Part shown: in pieces, positions 37,739-47,842 of the stretch
Layout of the letters: each line of letters begins with the position of its first letter
Numbering within the stretch: the first letter of the stretch is position 1
Made by a program: the position numbers and the translations under genes
Assembly (NCBI GenBank): GCA_016176685.1
Contig: JACOWS010000001.1
Coordinates: forward strand, 78,113 to 142,112
Length of the DNA stretch: 64,000 nt
Direction of reading: 5' to 3'
Source of the DNA: Patescibacteria group bacterium
GTDB lineage: Bacteria; Patescibacteriota; Minisyncoccia; Phycocordibacterales; SBAW01
The notes under the pieces: generated by a model
The model's database searches: none
What the model was told of the DNA's origin: nothing
Seen by the model: the letters and a program-made list of their open reading frames with translations, nothing else

Positions 37739-38653
37739 TTATTTTACACACTCATAAGTATCACGCGTAAAATTTTCCTCCACGGAAGAACCCTTTTTAC
37801 TAACTGATCCAGCACACTTACTCGTAAAACTTTGCAGTAGCGCGCTACCGCTTTGGTCATTGCTTTTGATGGTTATAACCCCTGAACTTTCAACTGTTGT
37901 ATTTGACGTGCTATTCGTTTGGGTAGCACTGGTGTTAGTTGTGGCCGCGCCACCCGCGTTACCAGAGGGGCCAAAGTTAAAGTTAAGCAGTTGAGGGTTG
38001 ATGGTTTGTAATATAAGCACCGAAGAAATAAGTATCAAAAGCCCCCACAGTGCGCCACTAATTCGTTTACGGGCCTGCTCCTTTTTGTCGGCTATATCGG
38101 AAACCATGTAGGTAATACCGCCTATAACCAAAGCAAGCACCGCCACCAACCCACCGAGCGAAATAAGAATACGGAACACTCCGTTTAGCAAACTCCCAAA
38201 ACTCCCCGGCTTCCCCGACTCGTCAATATTGCCCGGCAATGGCTCAAGCGGCGTGTAGCACAGCTCCCCCGCCGGCGTCCCCGGCGGGCAAGTGGTTCGT
38301 GTGGTTTGTGTGGAAGGCGCGGAAGGGGTAGAGGGTGTCTGAGGCACAGTAGTTATGTTGCCACTCCGGCTACATTGCAGGCTAGCGGGTCTAATAAGAA
38401 AGCCAGGCGTTTCTTCACAAGAATATCCTGAAGGCACGCCAGTACAGACCCAGGAACCACTAATAACCTTACAGTTGTTTGGTAGTGGAGGTTTTTCTGC
38501 TGGCGGTGTGCAAAGCCAATCCGAATCAACAAAACCGCTCTCTTTGCACGAAAAACTCATTTCCGCAGCGTAGAGTGGTAATGGAGATAAGATTCCTCCA
38601 GCAACAATGGCGAATGCCACAACTGCAAATAGGTTGATGAAAATATTTCTCAT
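37739..38653 (-). CDS. Pilin-like (TrbC/VirB2-type core) protein with Cys-rich extensions
   Basis: Signal peptide, YTPLEPLP, two TM with GGITYM..A..RI..ALWGL..IL.TINPQL. Confidence 0.7.
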   Translation of the reverse strand: MRNIFINLFAVVAFAIVAGGILSPLPLYAAEMSFSCKESGFVDSDWLCTPPAEKPPLPNNCKVISGSWVCTGVPSGYSCEETPGFLIRPASLQCSRSGNITTVPQTPSTPSAPSTQTTRTTCPPGTPAGELCYTPLEPLPGNIDESGKPGSFGSLLNGVFRILISLGGLVAVLALVIGGITYMVSDIADKKEQARKRISGALWGLLILISSVLILQTINPQLLNFNFGPSGNAGGAATTNTSATQTNSTSNTTVESSGVITIKSNDQSGSALLQSFTSKCAGSVSKKGSSVEENFTRDTYECVK

Positions 38654-39690
38654 AAGCCAAAGAAGGAACTTAGGGTATTGCCAGTTTGCTCGCCAAAGAC
38701 TATGCGGAGAGCCGTGGAGGCAGACTGCACAAACTTGCTCGGGTCGTTGTTTTGTAGTGTTACGCCAAGTATGGCGCTCCCTACCCCGCTCCCCGTTTGC
38801 CGGAGTGTCAAAAGCCCGCGCGCGCTGTCGGGCCCGCTGGTTGGCGTACCGTTAAGCGTCCAGGCGTAGGTAGCCGCGCCGCTTGCCACACTGTCGGTCG
38901 AAAAAAAGTACGGCACGGCCTGGAGAGTCAGCTCTTTGCTGCCAAGCGCAATGCCGCTTGGCACCGCCTGGCCGTATAGCACGCCTCTAAGCGGGTCGCG
39001 TGCATATAGTACGAGCTGCGGGTCCTCGGATGGGATTACTATCTCTGCGTGCCCGACTTTTACCTCGCTTAGGTATACATCCACCCCCACCGCCTCGGCG
39101 CTTCGCAGCTGCGAGCCGACAAAGGTAAAGGTGTCGCGCCCCTTGCCCGAGGATTGCGGCACCGGCTCGCCATTTTGCTGCCACTGAAAAGAAAGGTTGT
39201 TGGAAGAAATGGTAGTGCCGTTTGCCACCACCGTGGGGAATGCCGTTACGCTAACTTGAGAGCCGGCGCTGTAGAGGGCCTTACCGGCATAGCGTGGCGG
39301 CACCGAGGTGTCGGCCTCCCACAGCAAGTTTATTGCCGATGGTATAAAAACAAAGTCGCGCACAAAGGTGCCGTTGGTCGGCGAGTTTACCACCACGTGC
39401 ACGCGGGTGGAGACCCCAAGCCCCCCGGCTGTAAAGGAAAAAACTCTCTCCCCCACGCCGGAAAGTGCCGTGGCGCCGTTTTTTTGCCAGGTAATGGTAG
39501 CGTTGCCAAGGAAGGTACCCACCCCTTGTACCTGTATCACCACCTGCTCCCCCGGGCCGGGCAACTCCGGCGCTATCACAAATTGTATGGGGTCCGGCTG
39601 GCTCCCAAGCGTTTGCGCGTGTACTGCCGCGCCAGCCGCCAAGGCGACACCGGCGAGAAACAGCGCGATTATTTTAGGTAGTCGCTTCAT
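38650..39690 (-). CDS. Secreted beta-rich (Ig-like) protein
   Basis: Signal peptide ending AVHA; three TW..NG / FQW..NG / YAW..NG repeats. Confidence 0.7.
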   Translation of the reverse strand: MKRLPKIIALFLAGVALAAGAAVHAQTLGSQPDPIQFVIAPELPGPGEQVVIQVQGVGTFLGNATITWQKNGATALSGVGERVFSFTAGGLGVSTRVHVVVNSPTNGTFVRDFVFIPSAINLLWEADTSVPPRYAGKALYSAGSQVSVTAFPTVVANGTTISSNNLSFQWQQNGEPVPQSSGKGRDTFTFVGSQLRSAEAVGVDVYLSEVKVGHAEIVIPSEDPQLVLYARDPLRGVLYGQAVPSGIALGSKELTLQAVPYFFSTDSVASGAATYAWTLNGTPTSGPDSARGLLTLRQTGSGVGSAILGVTLQNNDPSKFVQSASTALRIVFGEQTGNTLSSFFGL

Positions 39691-40111
39691 GTAATTGTGT
39701 TTCCTGCCCATCCGCTTTTTTATATGTTTGAACTGCCCGCTCCTCTTCCTTGACTTTTTTATACGCGCAGCGATAGGCAAGTATGGTCCAACTTGGTGCA
39801 AGGTTTATAAGCGGCAGAGCCTCTCCTAAATAAGTAGCAAAAACAGCGCCCGGGTAAAACATCTTGCCATGTATGAGAAGGGCTGTCAGCAAAACTCCGC
39901 CACCCAGGCCGATACAGACTTCAAATACGTAGCCCAGTATCATTCCAATTGGGATGGTTACAGTGCTTGCTAGCGTCCCTACTACCGGTATAGCTCCAAT
40001 GCCAAAAATAATGCCCGAAAGCGCTAAACCAACCCCAATTTGCAAACCGTCGATAACAGCCCCTACGACTATGTACAGAAATCCTTTTTTTAATGCTTTG
40101 GCAAATAGCAT
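39674..40111 (-). CDS. Membrane protein in the T4SS-like locus
   Basis: Hydrophobic, Gly-rich; E.LP.INLAPSWT. Confidence 0.7.
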   Translation of the reverse strand: MLFAKALKKGFLYIVVGAVIDGLQIGVGLALSGIIFGIGAIPVVGTLASTVTIPIGMILGYVFEVCIGLGGGVLLTALLIHGKMFYPGAVFATYLGEALPLINLAPSWTILAYRCAYKKVKEEERAVQTYKKADGQETQLHEATT

Positions 40112-40119
40112 ATATGGTA

Positions 40120-41925
40120 TTACGTCTGTTGGCGCTGTTTGCGCAGGGCGAGTACTTGGCTTGGGTCGGAGGTGATTATCTGGTCTTCAGTGTAGGAAGC
40201 GATGACTTTAATGGCCACGTGCTTCATGCCAGCAAAAAAGATACCCTCCCCTACGTCTGATTCTAGCAACAAATACTTTTCTTCGTCGGAGAGGTTAAAG
40301 GTTTTTTGGAGCGTGTCTATCGTGGTCGGCGACTGTTTAAGCAAGAGTTGGATAGATGAGTTGGTTATCATCGGCAAGCCGTACGGCGACTTTAAAAAGT
40401 CGTCCACGTCTTGCGTGATGGTCGCCAGCCCCAGGTAGTACTTGCGGCCGCGCTTGGCCATGCTGTAAAGGAAGGAGGCGGTGTCCTCCGACTTCATCAT
40501 CCACCACGCCTCGTCTATAACGAGCAGGCGTTTTTTAAGGTTTTTGCGCACCGCGTTCCAAATGTAGTGGGTAATCAGGTACATCGCCACCGGCTTTAGG
40601 TCGTCTTCCATATCGCGGACGGAAAAGACGACAAACTTTTTGTTGAGGTCCACGTTGGTGGCGCGGTTGATAAAACCGGCCCACGTGCCCTTGGTGTACT
40701 TGGAGAGCCGCTGGACCAACGACTCGCTCCCCTGCATCCCCGAGAGCACCAGCTCAAAGTCGGAGAGGAGCGGCGGCTCCACCTGGGAAAAGTCGGAGTC
40801 CACGGTAATATCTTTAAGCGCGTAGGTCTCGGTAATCGCTTTGTCTATGAGCGCATCCTCCTCCGGGGTAAGGCCGCCGAGCATGATGCGGAACATCCCC
40901 ACCAGCGCCACAATGTTGCTACGCAGGATGTCGGCGGGGTTTTCGTCTTCCCTCGGGGGGGCAAGGTCAAACGGGTTTATGTGGTGCTCGGAGTTGAGAG
41001 AAATGTTGAAGTACCGCCCGCCTACCGCTTGGGAGAGGAACTCATATTCCCGCTCCGGGTCTATCACTATTACCTCGGCATCAAACATCAACGTGCGCAA
41101 AATTTCAAGCTTGGTGGCATAGCTTTTGCCGGAGCCCGACTTGGCAAAGATAACCGAGTTGTAGTTTTCCAAAGAAAAGCGGTCAAACAACACCAAGGAG
41201 GCATTGTGTCGGTTGACGCCATAGAGTATCCCGCGGTCGGAGGTGAGGTCGAAGGAAACGAATGGAAAAATGGAGGAGAGCGGGCTGGAGTTGAGCTTGG
41301 AATTGACATTCAGCTCGTCCTTCCCCAACGGCAAGACCGACTTAAAGCCCTGCTCCTGCTGGAAGAGCGCCGGTTTTACATACACCAGGCGGCTCTCGAG
41401 CATCGACTTTATCTCGCTCTCCGTTTTGTCGAGCTCTTCTGTTGATGCACCGTATAGGGTGATGTACACGCCCACGTCAAAAATGCGTTCTTGCGCCTGC
41501 TGGAGCTGGTCGCGCAGGTCCTCCAGGTCGCGGTACGCGGTGTCGAGCATCGGGTCGCGGACCATGCCCTTTTCCTCCCGCGCCATAATCTGGCTTTGCA
41601 CCTCGGCTACTTTTTTTTGAAACTTTTTGAGTATCTCGGCGGAGTCTATCGGGTGGATAAAAACAGAGATGTCGAGCACGCGGTCGAGATTGATAATGGG
41701 GGCAAACCACGAGTCGGTAAGCACCCGGGGGTAGGACATCACAAAAAAAGTGCGCGCAATTTTGTCGCCCAAGTTTATTTCGCGCGGGGTAATTTTGAGC
41801 GCGGAGGGCGCTATGACATCCTGGAGCTCCAAGACCCCCTGCTTGTATATCTGCTCGGGCATAATAGGCGCCACCGGGGTGGTTTGCGAGAGCTTTTTTG
41901 GTTTTAGAAAGTCGAGTAATGCCAT
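40120..41925 (-). CDS. virB4: VirB4-like (TraE/ConE-type) ATPase
   Basis: Walker A AKSGSGKS, IDPEREY, INPFD, Walker B VIDEAW, KRGRKY, TQD. Confidence 0.9.
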   Translation of the reverse strand: MALLDFLKPKKLSQTTPVAPIMPEQIYKQGVLELQDVIAPSALKITPREINLGDKIARTFFVMSYPRVLTDSWFAPIINLDRVLDISVFIHPIDSAEILKKFQKKVAEVQSQIMAREEKGMVRDPMLDTAYRDLEDLRDQLQQAQERIFDVGVYITLYGASTEELDKTESEIKSMLESRLVYVKPALFQQEQGFKSVLPLGKDELNVNSKLNSSPLSSIFPFVSFDLTSDRGILYGVNRHNASLVLFDRFSLENYNSVIFAKSGSGKSYATKLEILRTLMFDAEVIVIDPEREYEFLSQAVGGRYFNISLNSEHHINPFDLAPPREDENPADILRSNIVALVGMFRIMLGGLTPEEDALIDKAITETYALKDITVDSDFSQVEPPLLSDFELVLSGMQGSESLVQRLSKYTKGTWAGFINRATNVDLNKKFVVFSVRDMEDDLKPVAMYLITHYIWNAVRKNLKKRLLVIDEAWWMMKSEDTASFLYSMAKRGRKYYLGLATITQDVDDFLKSPYGLPMITNSSIQLLLKQSPTTIDTLQKTFNLSDEEKYLLLESDVGEGIFFAGMKHVAIKVIASYTEDQIITSDPSQVLALRKQRQQT

Positions 41926-41933
41926 ACCGTTAT

Positions 41934-42608
41934 TTATTTTACCGCTTCGGCCATCTTGGTGACTTGGAGCGGCTTCTCGAGCTCGCCGGGGTTGAATAGT
42001 TTGTAAAACAGCTCGATAACCTCCTCGGTGCCGAGCTTTACCACGCGCACGCCGGTGCGCACCAGCCCCTGCTCGATAACCGCCACGCGCTGCTCCAGCT
42101 GGGTGCGATACTGCTCAAACTGCAGATCGGTGGGGGCAACCGCACTGCTACCACCCGACGGCAAAAGCGAGGAGAGCGAGCCCATGACCCCGCCGCCGCG
42201 GACAAAGAGCGCCGGGTCGTACGGCACTACAATGAAGAAGTTTTTGGTCATGATGTTTGCCCGCTCGGTGAAGTCTTTTATAAAGGCGATGTACTCGCGT
42301 ATCTGTATCTTCATCAGGTCGTCCAGCTCGGCGGCATAGCGCTCTTCGAGGAGCGCTATGTAGGGGCGGATGTCGAGCTCGCGGCTTTCGATAAAAAATT
42401 GCACGGTAAACTCCAGCGAGTTAAGAAAGTTTTGAAACTGGCTGACAATGGCCTGCTGCTCGTCTTGCGACTTAAGCGCCAGGTTTATTGATGAGGCCAT
42501 AAGGAGCGCGCGCAGGCTCCCGTCTTTGAGTATCACCAAGCCATCCCGCACCTCTTTGAGTGGGACAAATTCCTGCGTACCTTTTGTTTTTACACCTCCT
42601 TCGTCCAT
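41934..42608 (-). CDS. Protein resembling the N-terminal part of conjugative VirB4/TraE
   Basis: EVRDGLVILKDG, SINLALKS.DEQ..I...FQ.FLNSL; lies between prgI and virB4. Confidence 0.7.
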   Translation of the reverse strand: MDEGGVKTKGTQEFVPLKEVRDGLVILKDGSLRALLMASSINLALKSQDEQQAIVSQFQNFLNSLEFTVQFFIESRELDIRPYIALLEERYAAELDDLMKIQIREYIAFIKDFTERANIMTKNFFIVVPYDPALFVRGGGVMGSLSSLLPSGGSSAVAPTDLQFEQYRTQLEQRVAVIEQGLVRTGVRVVKLGTEEVIELFYKLFNPGELEKPLQVTKMAEAVK

Positions 42609-42618
42609 AATTTGTATC

Positions 42619-43074
42619 TCAAATTTCAAACCCGGTGCGTACTTTGTTTTCCGTAACGCCCATGGTGGTACGGTCTTTGATGTTGAGCGACCACGCAAGG
42701 TCTTTGAGCCGGCTCTCCGACAGCTTGGGGACCGGCAATAGCGGTCCCGGCGGTTTGGCTGTGGCCCCAGCCGCTTCTCGCGCAGGGGCCGCGGTATGCG
42801 GCTTCCATAGGTACAGCTTGTTGCCCAAGAGATACCCAAAGGCGTGCTCCAAGACCACTATAAAGGGCCGGCCATTAACCTCGTAAAAGGCAAGCGCGGC
42901 CGCAAAAACCATAACCGGTATGATAAAAATCACCGCAAGCCAGAGCGGCAAGAGCGTAAAGAAAGCGAGAGAAAGTCCGCCGCCGCCGGCAAGGTAGATA
43001 AATTGTTTAAAGGTCAAAGGCCCAAAGATCTTGTCCTCGACCTCTATAAACTGCGGGACTTGGTACCGAGCCAT
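42619..43074 (-). CDS. prgI: PrgI family (VirB3-like) protein
   Basis: VPQFIEVEDKIFGPLTFKQF, two TM, NGRPF. Confidence 0.88.
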   Translation of the reverse strand: MARYQVPQFIEVEDKIFGPLTFKQFIYLAGGGGLSLAFFTLLPLWLAVIFIIPVMVFAAALAFYEVNGRPFIVVLEHAFGYLLGNKLYLWKPHTAAPAREAAGATAKPPGPLLPVPKLSESRLKDLAWSLNIKDRTTMGVTENKVRTGFEI

Positions 43075-43097
43075 CGCTCATAAGTATATCGCACCTT

Positions 43098-43673
43098 TTA
43101 CTCTACCGGCTCGCGGTAGGGGTCGGCTTTGTAATTTTGCGGCTTGGGCGGCTGTTGGTTGCCGGTTGTTTGTTGTTTGTGGTCAGTGGTTGGTTGCGGT
43201 ACCGGAGTCACGCTCGCTGTTTTTTGCGTGAGCATCAAGTCGGCCGAGTGCATCTCTGCTGGTTTTGGCGTAAGTAGTGGTGCCGTCACAGGGGCTGAAA
43301 CTGGCGTGGGGGTTACTGGTGTAGAGGAAATCGGCGACACACTTCCCAACTCGGCCACTTTTTTCATAGAGTCGCGGATTTTTAAAAAAAGCATATCATT
43401 TACATCTCGGGCAACTGCGCCGGCTTTTGCTTGGTCAATTTGCAGGACCTCTGCCACGTGGGTGACAAAATCATTTGGCTTGGTAAAACCAATCATCACA
43501 TCGACCGCCTCTGCCTCCAGCACTCCCATTTGGTCAATATGCAACGTGTGTTTGGCACCAATCTGGCGGATAATCGAATCCATATCTGCGCTATAAATAA
43601 TATTTCGTATATCCTCCGGTAGCGACTCAAGCCGCCGTCCAACCTCTTCTGGTGTGTGTAATTCTCGTACCAT
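43098..43673 (-). CDS. Hypothetical soluble protein with Pro-rich tail
   Basis: 191-aa ORF co-oriented in the locus; ends DPYREPVE. Confidence 0.75.
   Translation of the reverse strand: MVRELHTPEEVGRRLESLPEDIRNIIYSADMDSIIRQIGAKHTLHIDQMGVLEAEAVDVMIGFTKPNDFVTHVAEVLQIDQAKAGAVARDVNDMLFLKIRDSMKKVAELGSVSPISSTPVTPTPVSAPVTAPLLTPKPAEMHSADLMLTQKTASVTPVPQPTTDHKQQTTGNQQPPKPQNYKADPYREPVE
43151..43196. repeat. Degenerate 7-nt tandem repeat inside a CDS
   Basis: Minus strand caaccaa-ccactga-ccacaaa-caacaaa-caaccgg-caaccaa-cagc. Confidence 0.6.
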
Positions 43674-43692
43674 AAATAAATTGTAACACTAG

Positions 43693-45903
43693 CTAAATAA
43701 TCTCGGTACGCACCGGTGTTGCTGGGTTAGGAGTATTTTTCATCTCAACTTTTACCCGATACTCTCCGGCTGTCTTTGTGTCGCTTACCGCCGATGGTAT
43801 TTTTTTAGTCTCATCAGCGAGCTTGTTCAGAGAATTTTTTACTTCTTGGAGGCGTGCGGCGTTTTGCCCGGCAATAACCCGATCTTTTTTGGAAAGGTCA
43901 GTATCACGGCTCTTGAAGTTTTCTGCGGCAACCTTATCGTTTATCTCTACAATCATTTCTTTTACAGATGCAGAATTTATCAGCGCTCTCTCGGCAGTAT
44001 GTGCAGAAAGTTTTTCAAGAGATACCCCGCGCGCTTTAAGTTCTTCGCGCACCTTCTGCAGCTCGCGTACTATCTTTTGTGTTTGTTGGCGCGGAGCATC
44101 GCCTGATTGCTCGTGCCATACTTTTTCGAGATTCTCTTTTTGTTTATCGGAGATTTTGTCGAGTTCTTTAATAGCCGCCATTTGTTTCTCGCTTACGTGT
44201 TCAATCACACCGTTCAACTGCTTATAGTCCATCTGTCCTAACTGGTTTTTAGAAAGGTTCCTGATCCTCTCTTTGTCTCGCGGGGAGGGTGCGCGGCCCT
44301 TCGCTACAGCGTGAACCGTACTCGGGGCGCCCAAGTCAAGAGGGAGGGACCCGTACTTGGCGTAAGCCGCCCCGGCGGCAACCTCTGGGATCTTCGTAAC
44401 ACCCGGCACCGCGCGCACATCATAGGTCCTATTTTGGAGAAAGCTCCCCACCCCCGCAGCTCCGGCTCGGCTCAGTCGAGTAACTACTCCATCTGTCGCT
44501 GTGCTGGCCGAACCTAACCTCCTTAGGCCCCCTCCCACCGCTGTGCCAAAAGTAAGTCTGCCAAGCCCGGCCACTGCCCCAAGTCCTGCCCCAAATACTT
44601 TCCCTTGGAACGAGCGCGCCCAACCAGAACCGGCTTTCACTATCATGTCCGCGCCGGAGAGCGCTACGTACATCATCGCAATAACAAACCCCATGCGGAT
44701 AGCCACGCTTGCTATTGCTACACCTACCGTTGCAACAAAGGACTCGTTGTTTGGCGTTTGGCCCGCCGCCCAGATACCATTGACCAAGTTGCCGCTTTGC
44801 GCCATTTCTTTCATAAATGTGGTAAGGATGAAGAACAAAAAGAGGTATATCGCCGGGTAGAACGAGTACTTAACAAGCGCCTCAAGCCACTGGTCGTACA
44901 GTTTTTTTGTGGCCGGCACATTGAGCGCGCGGCCAATGAGTGCAAGCGGCGCGGCGATGATAACGATCCACAGCCCGACCACCCGCATCACAAACTTTGC
45001 CCCCGCAAAGAGGAACGACCCCGCCAAGAGCGCAAACATAATCCCTACCGCCACATACACCAGCGATAGGGTGATAACTGTGTACAGAAACCCGTTGACC
45101 CCGCTGCCTGCTTCACTTTTGTTGTACAGCTGAAAACTTGGGGTATTAAAAATATTGTCAATGCGAACCGCGCTCATAATGCTATAGGTTAGGTCTTTGT
45201 ATTGACCGCCGGCAAAGCTGGTGACCACATTGGGGCCCGGCAGGGTGTTGGTGCTGTTGCTTACCCCGATGGGGTGGTACTCTATGAGGTTGTAAAACTG
45301 TATTGCCAGCACATTGCCGCCATCTATCACCACCCGGGTGAGGAAGAAGCTAAAGTTGATAACCAATGCCACCACAATGACGCCGGCGAGCATCTTCATC
45401 GTGCCCCCGGTTTCGGCCTTGAGCATCACGGTAAAGGCGATGTAGATGAGGATAAATATGAATGCCATGTTGGCGAGGTCGCGCGTGGTTTCCCAGCTGG
45501 TGTTGAGGAAGCTTAGCGCATAGGCGGTGCTGTCGAGAGAAAGTTGCACGGCAAAGCTAAAAAAGTATGCGGCAATGTAGGCAAAGGAGCCAAAGAGCCC
45601 CACCATAACGTAGTAGACGATGTTGGAGATGCAGAAGGCGAACCAATTATTGCCGCTAAAATTCAAGCAGCCGGAATTGTCTTCTGTGCCAAAGTCGGTC
45701 TTAGCAGCTTTATTGGACTCCTGTGCCGCGGGGTTGGCTGTTGCAGTGGTGTTTGGGGTGGTGGATAGCGGGTCTGCTTTGCCCGCGGTGTTGACGGTTT
45801 GGGGGTCGGCAGGCTCAATCGCTTGTGTTAGGGAAATTGACTGCACCAGTGGCGAGAATGCGAGCACCACCATAATTCCCGTGAGCAAGGTTTTTGCCCC
45901 CAT
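43693..45903 (-). CDS. Polytopic membrane protein, VirB6/TrbL-like, with charged C-terminal tail
   Basis: W...RDLANM.FIF, ALVINFS, R.V.LW..II.APLA, W...L....F.P. Confidence 0.7.
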   Translation of the reverse strand: MGAKTLLTGIMVVLAFSPLVQSISLTQAIEPADPQTVNTAGKADPLSTTPNTTATANPAAQESNKAAKTDFGTEDNSGCLNFSGNNWFAFCISNIVYYVMVGLFGSFAYIAAYFFSFAVQLSLDSTAYALSFLNTSWETTRDLANMAFIFILIYIAFTVMLKAETGGTMKMLAGVIVVALVINFSFFLTRVVIDGGNVLAIQFYNLIEYHPIGVSNSTNTLPGPNVVTSFAGGQYKDLTYSIMSAVRIDNIFNTPSFQLYNKSEAGSGVNGFLYTVITLSLVYVAVGIMFALLAGSFLFAGAKFVMRVVGLWIVIIAAPLALIGRALNVPATKKLYDQWLEALVKYSFYPAIYLFLFFILTTFMKEMAQSGNLVNGIWAAGQTPNNESFVATVGVAIASVAIRMGFVIAMMYVALSGADMIVKAGSGWARSFQGKVFGAGLGAVAGLGRLTFGTAVGGGLRRLGSASTATDGVVTRLSRAGAAGVGSFLQNRTYDVRAVPGVTKIPEVAAGAAYAKYGSLPLDLGAPSTVHAVAKGRAPSPRDKERIRNLSKNQLGQMDYKQLNGVIEHVSEKQMAAIKELDKISDKQKENLEKVWHEQSGDAPRQQTQKIVRELQKVREELKARGVSLEKLSAHTAERALINSASVKEMIVEINDKVAAENFKSRDTDLSKKDRVIAGQNAARLQEVKNSLNKLADETKKIPSAVSDTKTAGEYRVKVEMKNTPNPATPVRTEII

Positions 45904-45925
45904 GCGCAAAATGTTTTTCTTTATG

Positions 45926-47842
45926 TTATAGGCCAAAGGCATAGCATTGTGTCAACTCCGCATTGGTTGCTTGGTTTTGTGCCGCCAGCTGTGCTTGCAG
46001 GGTGGTGCGGTCTTGGAGCGCGGTGGTAACGTCGTTTTGCGTAATGAGCTCGCCTAGGGCTTCTGCCGCGGCAAACTGGGCATCCGCCGCCCGCACCTCT
46101 TTGAGCGTGCGCGCGGCAAGTGCCGCGGTTTGTATCTCTTGCACCGCGACAATAGCGGCGTTAGCGCGGGTAATCCCCGTGTTGTATGAGGCAACCTGCA
46201 CCTCCAGCGCTTGCACCGCCGCGTCTGCCGCCGCAACACCGGCGAGCGCCTGCGCTTGCTGCGATGCGGTCAGGCCGGTCGAGGAGGCGGCCGTGCTCCA
46301 GCAGTTTTGCAACCCCACCAGCTGTGCTTGGGCGTTTTGTATGTCGGCAATGCTTCCCTGCTTGGTGGTACCGTACTGCTGGGCCACCCCCACCGCGCTT
46401 TGGAGTTTGGTAAGGAGAGATTCCGCCGCAATTTGTGCTTGCACATCTTGCGCGCTCGAAAAGTTGCCCGCGTAGCCGTTTTGCCCGCTTAGGTTGGCAA
46501 GCCCCTGGTAGAGCACGCGGGTCATCAGCTGGTTGATGAGCGCGCTTATAATTTCGTCAAAATTGTCGGCAAGGTTGAGTGAGTCTATGTTGGTGCCAAG
46601 CGTTTTATGCAGCTCGGCCTCTATGGTTTGGCCGGGGGTCACTATCTTGCACGACGTTTGTTTGCCGTAGTTTGGAGTGCCTGGCACCGTGTTTATAGGG
46701 CCATCACATTTTTCCTGCGAGAGAAATCCGCCGGGAGATATTTTGAGTCCGGCATCCCTGCTGTCTTTAAGTATCTTATTGTTAAGCGCTATCTGCCCAT
46801 ACATGTACGCGCCGTAGGGGTTGTTGGTCGGCTCGGTGGTAACGGCCAAAAGTCCGCCCCACCCACCGCTTGAAAAGCCGTTGTTGAGAAAATCGTCCAC
46901 ATTGGTTACCGCCTTCGAGAGTGTGCAAGAGGTTGCGGCGGCATTGCTCCCGCTCCTTTGGTGTGCATAGCTCTGTGCTATGGCGATGCGCACCTGGAGC
47001 TTAAACGGACTGCACAAAAAGGCCAGGTCGCTCCCTTGGATAAACTCGCCCGCGGCCCTGTCGGCCACGTTGGTAAAAAATTGCTTGTAATCTTGTACAA
47101 ACGCCGGCTTGCCGTCAAAGCCGGAGTTTATCCAGTCAACCACGCTCGCGGTTACCTGCTGTATCACCGAGCGGGCTATGCCTCGCGCAATGCAGTTAAG
47201 GAAGTTGTCCCGCACCGTGTTGGATGCGTCGACAGCATTTTGCACCGGCGCATTTACCGTCACCGCAACAAAACTAAGCGCCGCGCTTATGCCAGTACCC
47301 CCCACGGCGCCGCTTAGGAGCCCGGGCGTGCAGGCAATTGCTCCAGCCACCCCCGTCCCAACAAGTGTTTCAAGCAGCCCGGGTCCGCTTAGCCCTTTAG
47401 CGTTATTGAAGTATCCTGTCCCGTTGATGCCCACATTGTTTATTTGGTTTATAGGCGTCGGGGTAAAGGTTTTGGTGCTTCCCGTGCCGCCACCACTACC
47501 GTCTAGCCAGGTAACATCAGTGACGGTAGTGGTGGTAACGGTAATGGTAATTGGCGGCGACACTCCGCCCGTTGGCCCTCCTCCCGTGTATGTTGGTAGA
47601 GGGGTTTGTATATTGGCCGAGCCCCCTCCTCCTGCAGATATACTGTTTTGACCAAAGGGTGTTTGTTGGTTGCCGCCGCTCAAAGTGCCGGAGCCCGGAG
47701 TGCCCGTACTGCTTGCCGTGTTAAAAAAACCAAAATCTTCCGGTGTTTTTGGACCTTGGCCGAAGAACCAAAACCATACAAAAATGATAAGCCCCAGCAC
47801 CACCAGAGCCCCCACGATGATAAAAATAAGTTTGCGTTTCAT
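45926..47842 (-). CDS. Large membrane-anchored protein with Cys pairs and Ala/Gln coiled-coil C-terminus
   Basis: N-terminal TM, G/T-rich linker, WINSGFDG.PAFV, LCSPF. Confidence 0.75.
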   Translation of the reverse strand: MKRKLIFIIVGALVVLGLIIFVWFWFFGQGPKTPEDFGFFNTASSTGTPGSGTLSGGNQQTPFGQNSISAGGGGSANIQTPLPTYTGGGPTGGVSPPITITVTTTTVTDVTWLDGSGGGTGSTKTFTPTPINQINNVGINGTGYFNNAKGLSGPGLLETLVGTGVAGAIACTPGLLSGAVGGTGISAALSFVAVTVNAPVQNAVDASNTVRDNFLNCIARGIARSVIQQVTASVVDWINSGFDGKPAFVQDYKQFFTNVADRAAGEFIQGSDLAFLCSPFKLQVRIAIAQSYAHQRSGSNAAATSCTLSKAVTNVDDFLNNGFSSGGWGGLLAVTTEPTNNPYGAYMYGQIALNNKILKDSRDAGLKISPGGFLSQEKCDGPINTVPGTPNYGKQTSCKIVTPGQTIEAELHKTLGTNIDSLNLADNFDEIISALINQLMTRVLYQGLANLSGQNGYAGNFSSAQDVQAQIAAESLLTKLQSAVGVAQQYGTTKQGSIADIQNAQAQLVGLQNCWSTAASSTGLTASQQAQALAGVAAADAAVQALEVQVASYNTGITRANAAIVAVQEIQTAALAARTLKEVRAADAQFAAAEALGELITQNDVTTALQDRTTLQAQLAAQNQATNAELTQCYAFGL

